In this document: in pieces, positions 26,361 through 39,607 of the stretch
How the letters are laid out: the number at the start of each line of letters is the position of its first letter
How positions within the stretch are numbered: position 1 is the stretch's first letter
Assembly: GCA_951406725.2 (NCBI GenBank)
Contig: OX597836.1
Coordinates: 39,432,001 to 39,496,000, forward strand
Source of the DNA: Octopus vulgaris
Lineage: Eukaryota
Length of the DNA stretch: 64,000 nucleotides
Direction of reading: 5' to 3'
Translations under genes and position numbers: made by a program
Notes under the pieces: generated by a model
Told to the model about the DNA's origin: nothing
The model's input: only the letters and a program-made list of their open reading frames with translations
Databases searched by the model: none

Positions 26361-27207
26361 GTATGTATGTATGTATGTATGTATGTATGTATGTATGTAT
26401 GTATGTATGTATGTATGCATGTATGTCTGTATGTCTGTCTGTCTGTCTGTATGTATGTATGTGTGTATGTATGTATGTATGTGTGTGTGTATGTATTTAT
26501 GTGTGTGTTTGTATGTATGTAGGTATATATATCAATGTGTGTATGTGTGTATATGTATATGCATATGCATATGTGTGTATGTTTGACTGTATACATTAGG
26601 GTATATACATACATACATACTTACGTGTGTACCCATATACATATACACACGCATATGTATGTATGTATGTATGTATGCATTTATATTTGTATAAATGTAC
26701 GTATATATGCATGCATACATACATACATGCGTATATACATACATGCATACATACATATATACATACATATATACATACATACATGCAAACATATCTGTGT
26801 ATATATGTAACATAGCATAATATAATATATATGTAAAAAAAAATTATTCACAGTTGAAAATAATTCTTAATGTCTTCACACTTGATAAAATTCTTCAAAA
26901 TAAATGAATACATAAGTTAATAAATAGATTTACCGATGATCGATAAATCAATAATAGGTAAAAATTTACCTGCCAACTGCAAGAATTCGACAAAGACGAA
27001 ACATTTGAACCACACAGCAGCTGTCTTAGAGCTCTTCATTCCAGTAGACCGAAATTAAAAGTTAACAAACGGTAATAAATGATCTCTCTCTCTCTCTTCA
27101 TTTCTCTCTCTCTTCATTTCTCTCTCTCTTCCTGTCTCTTTCTCTCTTCCTCTCTCTCTCTCTCTTCCCGTCTCTGTCTCTCTCTTCCTCTCTCTCTCTC
27201 TCTCTTC

Positions 27208-27238
<31 letters not shown>

Positions 27239-27480
27239 CTCTGTCTCTTTGATTCGCACATATACATTTATACAAATATAAATGCATACATACATATGCG
27301 TGTGTATATGTATATGGGTTCACACACACATACACATATCTACCATATCTACGTATATACATACATGTGTGTGAGTGTGTCTATATGTATACACACACAC
27401 ACACATACGCACATACACACCCACACACCCATACCCGCCCACACCCACACACACACACAAACACACACATACAAACACAA

Positions 27481-27512
<32 letters not shown>

Positions 27513-27940
27513 TTACATATGCATACATATTTACACGCACTTTCACAAAGATATACCCCTGAACAAACACCCAAGTACCCACCCCGTTTCCCTTGTCATT
27601 ATAGTCACTTTCCTTCCACCCGTTTCCCAGGTGCGAGAAGGTAGATATTCGTGTTGTATACCCAGGTCTACCTGTCAATTTTGTCACATCAAACCGTTGT
27701 TGTTGTTGTTGTTGTTATTGTAGCGGCTTCTTTGTTACTGTTTGTTGTTGTCATACATTTTGTTAGTACTATTGTTGTTATTGCTGCTGTTGTTGTTGTT
27801 GTTATTGTTGTTTTTGTATTCTGTTGTTGTTTTATTTGTGTTTTAATTCCTGTTGATGTTGGTTGTGTTGCTATATTTGTTGTTGTTGCTGTTGTTGTTG
27901 TTGTTCATGCCTTTGTTGTTGTTGATATTGTTGATGTTCT

Positions 27941-28172
27941 AAGGCGGCGAGCTAGCAGAAACGTTAGCACGCCGGGCGAAATGCTTTGCTGTATTTCGTC
28001 TGCCGCTACGTTCTGAGTTCAAATTCCGCCGAGGTCGACTTTGCCTTTCATCCTTTCGATCTCGATAAATTAAGTACCAGTTACGCACTGGGGTCGATAT
28101 AATCGACTTAATCCATTTGTCTGTCCTTGTTTGCTCCTTCTGTGTTTAGCCCCTTGTGGGTAGTAAAGAAAT
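27941..28172 (+). mobile_element. tRNA-derived SINE family B monomer (aaggcggcgagctggcagaa...gtaaagaaata)
   Basis: Box-B-like gagttcaaattcc, central gactttgcctttcatcctttcggggtcgat, tail ccccttgtgggtagtaaagaaa. Further copies near 3010, 6272, 13709, 53718, 58491 and 59819. Confidence 0.85.
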
Positions 28173-28686
28173 AGATATTGTTGATGTTGTCATCATCGTC
28201 ATCACTATTTTTGTTGCTCTTGCATAATTGACCTCGGCGAAATTTGAACTCAGAACGTATAGACTGTCGAAATGCCGCTAAACATTTTGCTCGGCGTGCT
28301 AACGACTCTGCCAGCACGCTGCTTTTCTAGGCCCATTGTATGGAAGCCATTGTAAACCTTTTCACTAATTACCATAAAATCTTTATTCGTTTTGGTTTTT
28401 ACAGTATAATATTTGTTTTAATTTTGCATAAATGATCGAATCCGGTCGAGTAGACTTATAATCAGGTGCATCCAACCATGCCCTCCCCTATATACCTTTA
28501 ATTTTTTTGATGGTAGTGTGTAATTTGAGAAATTATTTAACAGCTATTTCCAGCAGGTGGAGAGACTGCATAGAACCGAGGCCTTTAACCACCGAGCCGC
28601 ACAGAATAAATACATTTTCAAATTTTATTTCTATTTTATAGACCATCACAGTCAGCAGGGTATTTTTACACTATAAATATATCATA

Positions 28687-28845
28687 CAGGAGTGGCTGTG
28701 TGGTAAGTAGCTTGCTAACCAACCACTTGGTTCCGGGTTCAGTCCCACTGCGTGGCATCTTGGGCAAGTGTCTTCTGCTATAGCCCCGGGCCGACCAATG
28801 CCTTGTAAGTGGATTTGGTAGACGGAAACTGAAAGAAGCCTGTCG

Positions 28846-28894
<49 letters not shown>

Positions 28895-29097
28895 ATGTAT
28901 GTGTGTGTGTTTGTGTGTCTCTGTTTGTCTCCCTAGCATTGCTTGACAACCGATGCTAGTGTGTTTACGTCCCCGTCACTTAGCGGTTCGGCAAAAGACA
29001 CCGATAGTATAAGTACTGGGCTCGACTAAAAGGCGGTGCTCCAGCATGGCCGCAGTCATTTGACTGAAACAAGTAAAAGAGTAAAAGAGTAAAAGAG
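28687..29097 (+). mobile_element. SINE family A copy
   Basis: Matches 1817-2218, with a (gtaaaaga)n tail. Confidence 0.85.
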
Positions 29098-30631
29098 TAT
29101 ATATATATGTAATATATATGTATATTATATAAGTAATACATATGCATTATATACGTATTGTATATAAATTGTATATGTTATAATAATTTCATATTATGTA
29201 CTTTATTGGGTTTTGTTATGCGCGTGATCATTCGGTCCGTGAAAAAATTGTTCTGCATGAAACCAGTCCATGGGGCAAAAAAAAAAAATTAAAATAAAAA
29301 AATAAGTTTGGGGATCACTGTCATAAGAGCATCATTTCCCAAACGTTATATTCTTAGGGAACCATTGAAACGAAAAATTTATGCCGCAGGGGACACCTGC
29401 CGAAGAATTATTTCATATCTGTATTACCGTAAATCTTCGAGTATAGTCCGCCCTAATTTGAACTCAGAACGTAGCGGCAGACGAAATACCGCTTAGCATT
29501 TCGCCCGGCGTGATAACGATTCTGCCAGCTCGCCTTCATTATAATAAACCTTTACCGAAGGTAAAAAATACGCACATCTGGTGTTTAGCGTTAGGGTTAG
29601 GGTTTGGGGTTAGGATTAGTGTTAGGGTTATGGTTTCGCCGAAAACGGGTGGTGTGCGTATTCTTTACTTCTGCTCCTTTGCACAATAAACACAAGTCCT
29701 GAAATTTTAGGAGGAGGATAGGTCGACCACATCGACCCCCACCCCCGTGCTTGACTGGTACTTATTTCATCGACCCCAAAAAGATGAAAGCCAAGAAAAG
29801 TTAACCTAACTGGGATTTGAACTCGGGATGTAAAGAGCCGGAAGAAATACCGATACGTTAACGATTTTGCCTGCTCACCTCCTTCCATGAATATATTAAA
29901 CTACGAATACAGAACTAAACATAAAAATTACTCAAATTACTCATTTGCATATAATTAGCCAACATGTCCCTATATCTTACCGCTGTGCGCTAGGGTACTT
30001 AGGAAACCCATATTGAAAGAAACGCTGGGGTAGAGACTACCGTCATTAATTCATATATTTGTCTGTTTTATCTTTTGCAGTTGTTATCGTTGGAATTTAA
30101 TTCCAATTTGCTCATTTAATAGTTAATTAACCACTATTTATTTACTTATTTACTAAGGCTAGTCTACTTTCTTTTGACAATCAACCAACTAAATCAACAA
30201 TGGACAGATTCAGATCTTTTCCTCTTTGAAATCACACCGCAGTCAAGACAAATAAACAAACAAAACGTTATTCGAGTATTTTTGCACGAAATTATCAAAG
30301 TATTAGATTACAAGGTTAACAATCTTTAATGATTGGCTTTCACTGAAGTTGTGCAGTCTCATTCAACAGTGGTCAATGCAGTTCTGTTGGTGTGGTCTGT
30401 CGGCACCGTGTTCTTTGTAGTTTCTTTTTTGATATTTCCTTCTCTTTTATTTAGACACAATATCTCGGACTACTTTGGCTAATATTTCCTTTCTTGAAAA
30501 AATAAAGAAAAAGGAAAAGGAGAAAAAAAAACGGTGGGGAAAGCAGTTTGAAGGACGTTTGACTGCTATTTCTTGATGTTCGGAGAACAGCGTTGATCAA
30601 TGGTTTACAACATCTCGCGATAGTTTAGTGT

Positions 30632-30668
30632 CTCGCGATAGCTCAGTTGGTAGCGCGGAGGACTGTAG
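30632..30668 (+). pseudogene. tRNA-Tyr(GTA) 5' half (positions 1-37), part of a chimeric retro-insertion
   Basis: CTCGCGA-TA-GCTC-AGTTGGTA-GCGC-G-GAGGA-CTGTAG matches the eukaryotic tRNA-Tyr 5' exon with one D-stem mismatch. No T-arm or 3' half follows. Confidence 0.75.
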
Positions 30669-30673
30669 TTTTA

Positions 30674-31260
30674 AAGGCGGCGGGCTGGCAGAAACGTTAG
30701 CACGCCGGGCGAAATGCTTAGCGGTATTTTGTCTGTCGTTATGTTCTGAGTTCAAATTCCGCCGGGGTCGACTTTGCCTTTCATCCTTTCGGGGTCGATC
30801 AATTAAGTACCAGTTACGCACTGGGGTCGATGTAATCGGCTTAATACCTATATCTGTCCTTGTTTGTCCCCTCTATGTTTAGCCCCTTGTGGGTAGTAAA
30901 GAAATAGGTATTTTGTCTGCGTTACGTTGTGAGTTCAAATTCCGCCGAGGTCGACTTTACCTTTCATCCTTTCGGGGTCGATTAAATAAGTACCAGTTAC
31001 GCACTGGGGTCGATATAATCGACTTAATCCGTTTGTCTGTCCTTGTTTGTCCTCTCTGTGGGTAGTAAAGAAATAGGTATTTCGTCTGCCGCTACGTTCT
31101 GAGTTCAAATTCCGCCGAGGTCGACTTTGCCTTTCATCCTTTCGGGGTCGATTAAATTTAGTACCAGTTACGCACTGGGGTCGACATAATCGACTTAATC
31201 CATTTGCCTGCCCTTGTTTGTCCTCTCTGTGTTTAGCCCCTTGTGGGTAGTAAAGAAATA
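30674..31260 (+). mobile_element. SINE family B head-to-tail trimer
   Basis: One full unit and two 5'-truncated units joined at aaagaaata|ggtattt. Confidence 0.85.
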
Positions 31261-31684
31261 GGTTTACAACATCTCGCCTTCGTTCAAAGTCAAAACTACT
31301 CGATAGCAATATCTCTAAAAACGCTCTACGAAAAAAAATAAAACGGAAAATGGAAGAGAAACAGTTTTACCCTTTAGAAATCGAATATAAGTTACATATT
31401 CATGAATTTGTAAAATTATGGATTCGCTAATTTTTTCTCAGCACAGATGTGGCCATACATGTTCCTATATACTTCTAATTCACCCGCCACATATTCCATG
31501 CATTTTAAATTCATCACATTGTCTTTCTACTTCTAATTCACATCCATGTACTCTTAGGTATACTCTTGATTTTTAACTTCCCAGCCATATGCTCTCTGGC
31601 ACTTGACATATAATAATCTGAGTTGAGGAAAAGAAGCGAATAAATTTTGTTGAGCTAACATTGATGGAGCTCAGACGCAGAGGA

Positions 31685-31717
<33 letters not shown>

Positions 31718-32102
31718 TGTATGTATGTATGTATGTATGTATGTATGTATGTATGTATGTATGTGACGGAGGGAGTGAGTGTACAGCGAGTGACTGTACA
31801 TCTGCTCACTAGAAACAAGTCATCTGCGGAGCTTGTTCCAAAATCGATTGATATGTAATTGAACCATTTCATGAATCTGTTTCGTTTATTTGCACGAGTA
31901 CGACGCGTGTTATTTTTATGGCGATATGTTTGGTAGTTTTGAAGCATTAGCGCCTCCTTCTAGCGAGCAGTTGGACTCGTATACGCACGTGTTCGCCCCT
32001 GATATATATTCTTATATAGCAATTTATAAATTGATTAATTTTACCTTAACCGGTTGATTGCATGCTGGCTACCTGATAAAACCTAAGGTGGATTTTATCC
32101 TC

Positions 32103-32180
<78 letters not shown>

Positions 32181-32331
32181 TATATATACACACATACACA
32201 CATTTATATTTATATACATGAACTTACAAGAATCTTTTGGATGTAAGCCGATGAAGAATTAGCAACGAATTTTCCGTTTGTTATGTTTTTGCTAAATTTT
32301 ATGTATGTATGTATGTATGTATGTATGTATG

Positions 32332-32385
<54 letters not shown>

Positions 32386-32827
32386 AAATGGGAAAAGAAC
32401 GCAAAACATCCTGGCAGTTAGGTGATACAGATGATACAAAGAAAACAAGAACGGGTCATTCGGAGTTTTCTTTCCTCAGTCGAGTTCCAGATTATCTTTG
32501 CAATTTCGGCTGGTTATACTCGAGATTGCTCCAATCTGGCCAGCCCCAGGGAAAAACTAAGCTAAGAGCACTAGATTCCTTGGAAGAAAGCAGCGAATGT
32601 ATACGAAAACAAGAACGGGAAAAAATGGAGAAGGTTACACAAATACAAATAACAGGACATAACAACAGGTTTATTTCGACTAAGGACGAATTAAATTAAG
32701 CTGGCGTATTGCATGCGAAAAGATTTTGAGGAGAGGCAGTTATAATTGTTACAGGTTATTGTAATTTTATAACGTCATTACTAAGCTGGCCTGCCAGCTG
32801 TTGCTATTCCGGCCTGAAGAAGGCGGC

Positions 32828-33209
32828 TGTGGTGGAAGCACTCCGTCGGTTACGACGACGAGGGTTCCCGTTGATCCGATCAACGGAACAGCCTGCTCGT
32901 GAAATTAACGTGTAAGTGGCTGAGCACTCCACAGACACGTGTACCCTTAACGTAGTTCTCGGGGATATTCAGCGTGACACAGAGAGTGACAAGACCGGCC
33001 CCTTGAAATACAGGTACAACAGAAACAAAGAGTGAGAGAAAGTTGTGGTGAAAGAGTACAGCAAGGATCACCACCATCCCTGCCGGAGCCTCGTGGAGCT
33101 TTAGGTGTTTTCGTTCAATAAACACTCACAACGCCCGGTCTGGGAATCGAAACCGCGATCCTACGACTGCGAGTCCGCTGCCCTAACCACTGGGCCATTG
33201 CGCCTCCAC
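32828..33209 (-). mobile_element. tRNA-derived SINE family D
   Basis: Minus-strand head gtggaggcgcaatggcccagtggttagggcagcggactcgc..ggtttcgattccc (A and B boxes). Confidence 0.8.
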
Positions 33210-33289
33210 CTGAAGAAGGTGGCTGTATCAACACCTTGAACACTCCCTGCTAAACATTTCTTGTCACAGCTAACTAGTTTGCAGAATAC

Positions 33290-34297
33290 AGTCGGGACAT
33301 TTGAAAGCTTGCTATGCAATAATGTTTTGTGTTGAACTGGACATTATTGCATAGCAATAATGTTTTGCGTTGAACTTGGCAAAAACTCTGCAGAAACCTA
33401 TCACTTGCTCCAGACTACTTATGGATTAACTTTCTCGCTAGCACAAGACTTTGAAGTGTAGTAGAGATGTGGTGAGAGACGATGAAATAGTAGAAGGGAG
33501 AAGGACGTCAGAACATCGGAACTGGTTGAGAAAATTCGAAATTTTCTGAATGAAGACTGTTGTGTGTCTATAAAGAAAATAAGCATACAGTTTAAGGTTG
33601 GTGTGGCAAATGTTCATGAAGGTCTGAAATTCCTAAAATTTGTATAAAGTTTGTTCCCAGGATGCTAAGCGGCTTGACAGAGATGGGGGTCAAAACTGTA
33701 TATCACTTTCTCCACGGTTCAGACCTTGCTCTCTGTGACTTTTGTTTGTTGTTTGTTCCTTCTCGAGCCATGCTTGGCTCATAAGGGCCGGTTTCCCGGT
33801 TTCTTGGCGTATAGGTTCCCCACCTGGACGGGACGCCGGTTCCGTCGCAGGTGAGCTGCAAGATGCAGGAGGAAAGAGTGAGAGAAAGTTGTGGCGAAAG
33901 AGTCAGCAGAAGTTTCGCCATTACATTCTGCCGGAGCTGCGTGGAGCTTAGGTGCTTCGCTCATAAACACACACATCGCCCGGTCTGAGATTCGAACCCA
34001 CGATCCCTCGACCGCGAGTCCACTGGGCCATGTGCCTCCACTCTGTGACTTTTGGTTGTTCCTCAAGCTGAAGTAGAACCTCGGGGGCTGTCGTTTTGAA
34101 GATGAAGGAGGTTTTCATATAGGTTCTGGACACTTTCACTTTGGAAGGTTTCCATGATGTTTTCACGAAATAGCTAGAGGGCCACAGGCGCATTGCAGTC
34201 AGAAGGTCCTCGTCCTATTTTGAAGGAGATTAGAGCATTTTGCTTATTTGAAATTAGTGTCTCTCCTGAAAATCCCTGAACACTTCTAGAATGCAAA

Positions 34298-34300
<3 letters not shown>
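33290..34300 (+). mobile_element. Decayed mariner transposase interrupted by a SINE
   Basis: CVELGKNSAETYHLL N-terminus and SDLALCDF/WLFLKLK C-terminus, split by a SINE with 14-bp TSD ctctgtgacttttg. Confidence 0.7.
33745..34040 (-). mobile_element. SINE family D variant with 14-bp TSD
   Basis: tRNA-like head, (aac/aaac)n tail, TSD ctctgtgacttttg. Related copy at 25538-25835. Confidence 0.8.
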
Positions 34301-34337
<37 letters not shown>

Positions 34338-34631
34338 CTGCCACGAATTAACATTTTTCCGTATTAAGAATGTCTGATCTCATTGGATAAACCAGTATTG
34401 AATACAAAACTATGTGGAAACTTAATGAAGTGATGGTCATAGCTGGAACGCCTTTGATCATAAGTCTGCTGTATCAGCGCTGACCTAATGCTAAGCAACA
34501 ACAACAACAACAACAACAATAGACCCTTCTCCATTTTGACATCCTATTAAACTATTTCGTTATATCAATTAACTGATTCTATTAACAAGCCTTGTCGGTC
34601 TCTAAATGGTTCGTTTGAGGTCATTTGTGTA

Positions 34632-34679
<48 letters not shown>

Positions 34680-34787
34680 GACATACATACATACACGCAC
34701 ACACACATACGTATTTATAACTATATGGACGTATGAATATATATATATATATATATATATCGATATATATACATGCATACATACATG

Positions 34788-34830
<43 letters not shown>

Positions 34831-34871
34831 ATATATATATGCATACATGCATACATACATACATACATACA

Positions 34872-34946
<75 letters not shown>

Positions 34947-34979
34947 CCATATGTTTATACTATATTATGTGTGTGTGTG

Positions 34980-36010
34980 TGCAGTTTAATGCTGGAAAAT
35001 TTAAAGCACTGCACTATCAACTCACGAATGTACTACAGCCTGCATATACAGGACCTAAAGGCAGTACAATCCCAGATTCACAAGGAGTGAAAGATTTGGG
35101 GATCAGTATGTGTAATGACCCCTTATTTTATATATATATATATATACACTAGCAGCTAAGCCCGGTTCCACCCGGTCTGCTTGGATGATGTAGCTGTGAT
35201 CGTTTTCGGTTAGGCATAATCTATAACAGCGTTTCTCAACCTTATCATTTCGGGTCCCCTGTTTCGATTGGATCCTCCAGCTCTATGAAAATTTCCTGGC
35301 CCCACCCCATCAGAAAACAGCTTCTAAGCAACTGGTTGTTTTAATGGCGGAAGAAAGAGAGGAATTCCATTAGAAAAAATTTTAATCGATTCTCTCGGTA
35401 TGTATGGGGGGTTAGGAAAAAAATACAAACTGCATTCCAATCTATGCACCCGTCTCCACATGTGTGCCATTTTTCACGTGAATCCACCCAGTCGTTTGGC
35501 TGTGAACCTCAAGACAAGAAAGAATACAATGATTGCCCATGTCCAATTTATATTATAGAGTACTAAGATGGCAGCAAGGCGCAGACAACTGACAGGATGG
35601 ATACTCAAGCCCTTCAAGGCAAAAGACCAAGAAAGTATGTTGACCCTGTGGGTAACCTTTGTTCTCAGCCGCCTGGACTACTGCTCCCAGTTATGGTCAC
35701 CATATAGTGCCAAACTAACAGCGGGGCTTGAAGAAGTCCAACGCCACTACACTAAAACGATTAAAACAGTGCAGCAGATAAGCTACAGGAAGAGGCTGAG
35801 AAAACAGTAATTTTATTCCTTGGAGTAAAGGCATGTCAGATATGTTACAATCTGCATTTTGAAAACTGTAAAAGGGCTTGTGTCTAATTTCGGCATTGGG
35901 TGCTATACAAATGTTAGAACTGGCCACCATTGTATTGCACCAAAGGTACCAGCCACTGCATCTAAATTCAGGACCAGGTACTGCAATAGTCTAGGGTTCA
36001 AAGCCCCGCA
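34980..36010 (+). mobile_element. LINE RT C-terminal remnant (CR1/Jockey-like), interrupted by a Helitron-like insert at about 35148-35560
   Basis: [15 protein letters not shown] and SRLDYCSQLWSPY..LEEVQR motifs. Confidence 0.7.
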
Positions 36011-36019
36011 GTATATAAT

Positions 36020-36500
36020 ATATTGCATAAGATCTGGTCATCAAATATAAGTAGAGATTTCAAACTTAAAATCTTCAAAGCCACAGTCGAACCAATTCTA
36101 CTATATGGCTCAGAAACCTGGACGTTATCAAAGAAGTTTGAGAGGCGGTTGGATGGAACTTACACTCGCCTCATGAGAGCTCAAAATATCTCGTGGAAGC
36201 GTCATCCAACCAAAGTACAAATATATGGGAAATTACCACCTGTATCATCTCCTGTGAAAGGTAGAAGAGTCCAGTTTGCTGGACATTGTTGTAGAGCTGA
36301 AAACTAGGTAATTTCTACTTTTCTCCTCTGGAAGCCATCTGCTCACGATACCAGAGGACGCACATTCTCCTACCCTCATGTAATCTCCAAGGATACAGGC
36401 ATCCAGCAACAGGACCTCCATGGTGCTATGATGGGCCGTGAGGTCTGGTGTAACATAATAAATTCCATTGTCTCAACCATGGTCGAACAATGATGATGAT
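36020..36500 (+). mobile_element. LINE 3' remnant (RTE-like)
   Basis: KLKIFKATVEPILLYGSETWTL...RRVQFAGHCCR followed by a (GAT)n tail. Confidence 0.75.
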
Positions 36501-36589
36501 GGTGGTGGTGGCAGTGATAGTGATGGTGGTGGTAGTGAAGGCGGCAGCGGCGGTGGTGGTGGTGGTGGTAGTGGCAGTGGTAGTGGTGG

Positions 36590-36620
<31 letters not shown>

Positions 36621-37317
36621 GGTGCTGGTGGTGTCAGATATAGCAGTGGTGGCAGTGATAGTGGTGGTAAAGGCGGCGATGGTGGTGGTGGTGGTGGTGA
36701 AGGCAGCGGCGGTGGTGGTGCTAGTGGCAGTGGTAGTGGTTGTGGTGGTGGTGGTGGTGGTAGTGGTGACTTTATTTTGGTTTGCTCTTTAAATTACATA
36801 AGTTAAAACAGTTTTCATAAAGTGTCAGTCAAGTGTTGTTGTTGTTGTTGTTGTTGCTGTTCTTTACCCCCAGTTTCGGATTACCTGATCAGACATGTAA
36901 TCAAAGACATTCCAATCAAGCCCTTATCTGTGGGTGGGTAGTAGTGGTCATGGAAGAGGTGGTGTTGGTGGTGGTGGCAGTGGATAGTGATGATGGTAGT
37001 CGTTACAGTAATGATGGTAGTGGATGTGGTGGTGGTGGTGGTGATGATGGTGGTGGTAGTGGTGGTGGTGGTAGCGGCGGCGTTGGTGTTATAAAAGGCT
37101 ACAATATATCTAACCTAGTCCTTACCCTTACGCTTTCACTCCCTCATTTTCTTCACCTTAACCTATCTCTCTCTCTTCCTTCTCTTTCCCTTAAGACAGA
37201 GTGATGTGATTAGGGGCCTGAAATCCTCCAAATGGACACGTGACATGTCACTTAATCGAATTAGATCATCATTTATTCCAAAAATGTTTTGTCATCAATG
37301 CTGTACTTTATTTCAAC

Positions 37318-37838
37318 ATAAATCCTCGAGTATAATCCGCATTTCCCCCCAAAGATTTAAAGGTCAAAATCCCTAGTGCGTACAATATACGAGGTTAAAA
37401 ATGAAAAATATTTTCTAAGCAATGTCCGAGTCTCTATTTGCTGTCCGGCAATGTTTATTCAGACGCATTTTGTGATGTCGGCGTGAAAATACCATAAGCT
37501 AAGCCTGAAAGCAATGAAGTTATAAAAGAATCATTCATAACTTGCAGTAAGCAACATTTATTAAAATAAAAGTATTCAGAACACAGAATAACATGTAACA
37601 AAAACAATTTGCAAACATATTTACATTTCCATATAACAGTTAAGAACATCACCCTTATTGTATTACTCATGCGTGGAAGTGTTTGTTCAACTAGGTGCTG
37701 CTGGCTTAATTACACACGACTGAAGTTAGAGAATGGTTGCATATTATACACAAGGTTTAGGTTTTTCAGAGGTACAGCCCTCTAAAAATCCCCTGCGTAT
37801 TATACTCAAGGGCGGACTATACTCGAGGATTTACGGTA
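37318..37838. mobile_element. pogo-derived MITE
   Basis: TIRs aaatcctcgagtataatccgc / gcggactatactcgaggatttacggta. Body is the reverse complement of 45590-45993. Confidence 0.8.
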
Positions 37839-38236
37839 TATACAAATTATGCCATTTTAATCTGAACAACGCCGGGTATCTCTGCTAATTCATAACACAT
37901 CCATTCCCTCTCTTCTGGCATTCTCAATACAACTGCTGCTTGGTAATTAATTACTCCTTTAGTATGACAAAATGAAGAGAAACAGCCAATTACAATCGGG
38001 CACGTGATTTGGCGTTTTGCTTATTAGTAAAACGAATAGGATCAATTTCATCTCAATCTCAATCTATCTTCTATTACAAATTCTTAGGGGATACTGTAAC
38101 CGGAACAGGAAGATTATTTTTCCACCTAGACATAAGTTTCATGAACTACAAAATATAAATATTCTCACTACCACACTAGAAACGTACCTGTTAAAACTCT
38201 TTATCTCGATTTGAATGTACGTGAAGGTAGTTAGAA

Positions 38237-38836
38237 AGGCGGCGAGCTGGCAGAAACGTTAGCGCGCCGGGCGAAGTGCTTAGCGGTATTTCGTCTGCCG
38301 CTACGTTCTGAGTTCAAATTCCGTCGAGGTCGACTTTGCCTTTCATCCTTTCGGGGTCGACTAAATAAGTACCAGTTACGCACTGGGGTCGATATAATCG
38401 ACTTAATCCGTTTGTCTGTCCTTGTTTGTCCCCTCTATGTTTAGCCCCTTGTGGGTAGTAAAGAAATAGGTATTTCGTCTGCCGTACACGTTCTGAGTTC
38501 AAATTCCGTCGAGGTCGACTTTGCCTTTCATCCTTTCGGGGTCTATTAAATAAGTACCAGTTACGCACTGGGGTCGATATAATCGACTTAATCCGTTTGT
38601 CTGTCCTTGTTTGTCCTCTCTGTGTTTAGCCCCTTTTGGGCAGTAAAGAAATAGGTATTTCGTCTGCCGTTACGTTCTGAGTTCAAATTCCGCCGAGGTC
38701 GACTTTGCCTTTCATTTTTTCGGGGTCGATTAAATAAGTACCAGTTACGCACTGGGGTCGGTATAATCGACTTAATCCGTTTGTCTGTCCTTGTTTGTCC
38801 TCTCTGTGTTTAGCCCCTTGTGGGTAGTAAAGAAAT
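38237..38836 (+). mobile_element. SINE family B head-to-tail trimer
   Basis: Same junction aaagaaata|ggtatttcgtctgcc at about 38470 and 38655. Confidence 0.85.
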
Positions 38837-39183
38837 AGACATTGATAAGCCACAAAAATGGCGAAACATCGATTAGATCGACTCCAGTACGCAACAGTTA
38901 CTTAATTTATCGACCCTAAAAGGATGAAAAAACTCCGATCCGTTAATAATATCTTCTGTTATAAAGGCAGCGAGCTGACAAAATCGTTAGCACGCCAGGC
39001 TTTGTTCATCCTTACGCTCTGAGTTCAAATCCCACAGAGGTCTACTTTGCCTTTTAACCTTTCGGTATCGATAAAACAAATGCCAATTGAGTACTGAGGA
39101 TCGATATAATCGATTAAACCCCGTCCCAGATATTTCTGACTGCATGCCAAAACTCGAAACCAATATTTTCTGTTATATAGCTA

Positions 39184-39607
39184 TGATCTTTTCGGTTTGA
39201 ACGGCAGTTTCTTTCTAGCGGTGTCATATGAAATTGTCACCCATAATTATGACCCTAGTATCGATCTATTGCATTTCAATCTGTTTTAGAGTTAGGGTTA
39301 GGGGTGGGGGGAAGGGTATCTTTTTTTCTTCAGAAATGTAAGTAAACCCAATCTGTTTCTTAAACGAGGGACATATTCATATGGCACAGAATGTTTGTTT
39401 TTTTACCTCAATAGACGTCATTGATTGGTTGAAATTGCAGAAATTGAAGAAAATAAACAACAAATATCTTACAAACTACGGAATTTTCTCAATAAAGCCA
39501 AGAGAAAAAGATGTTTTATAAACACATTCTACCAGTATACGAAGTTTAAAATTTTTTAGTTACCTAGAAATTATGTTTAAAAACTGCCGGTCAAACCGAA
39601 AAGATCC
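39184..39607. mobile_element. MITE, same family, 8-bp TSD tatagcta
   Basis: TIRs gatcttttcggtttgaacggcagttt / aaactgccggtcaaaccgaaaagatcc. tatagcta on both sides. Confidence 0.85.

Noticed and set aside
30632-30710. Functional tRNA-Tyr gene
   Set aside because: Only positions 1-37 are present. No 3' exon follows the SINE array, so it cannot fold as a tRNA.
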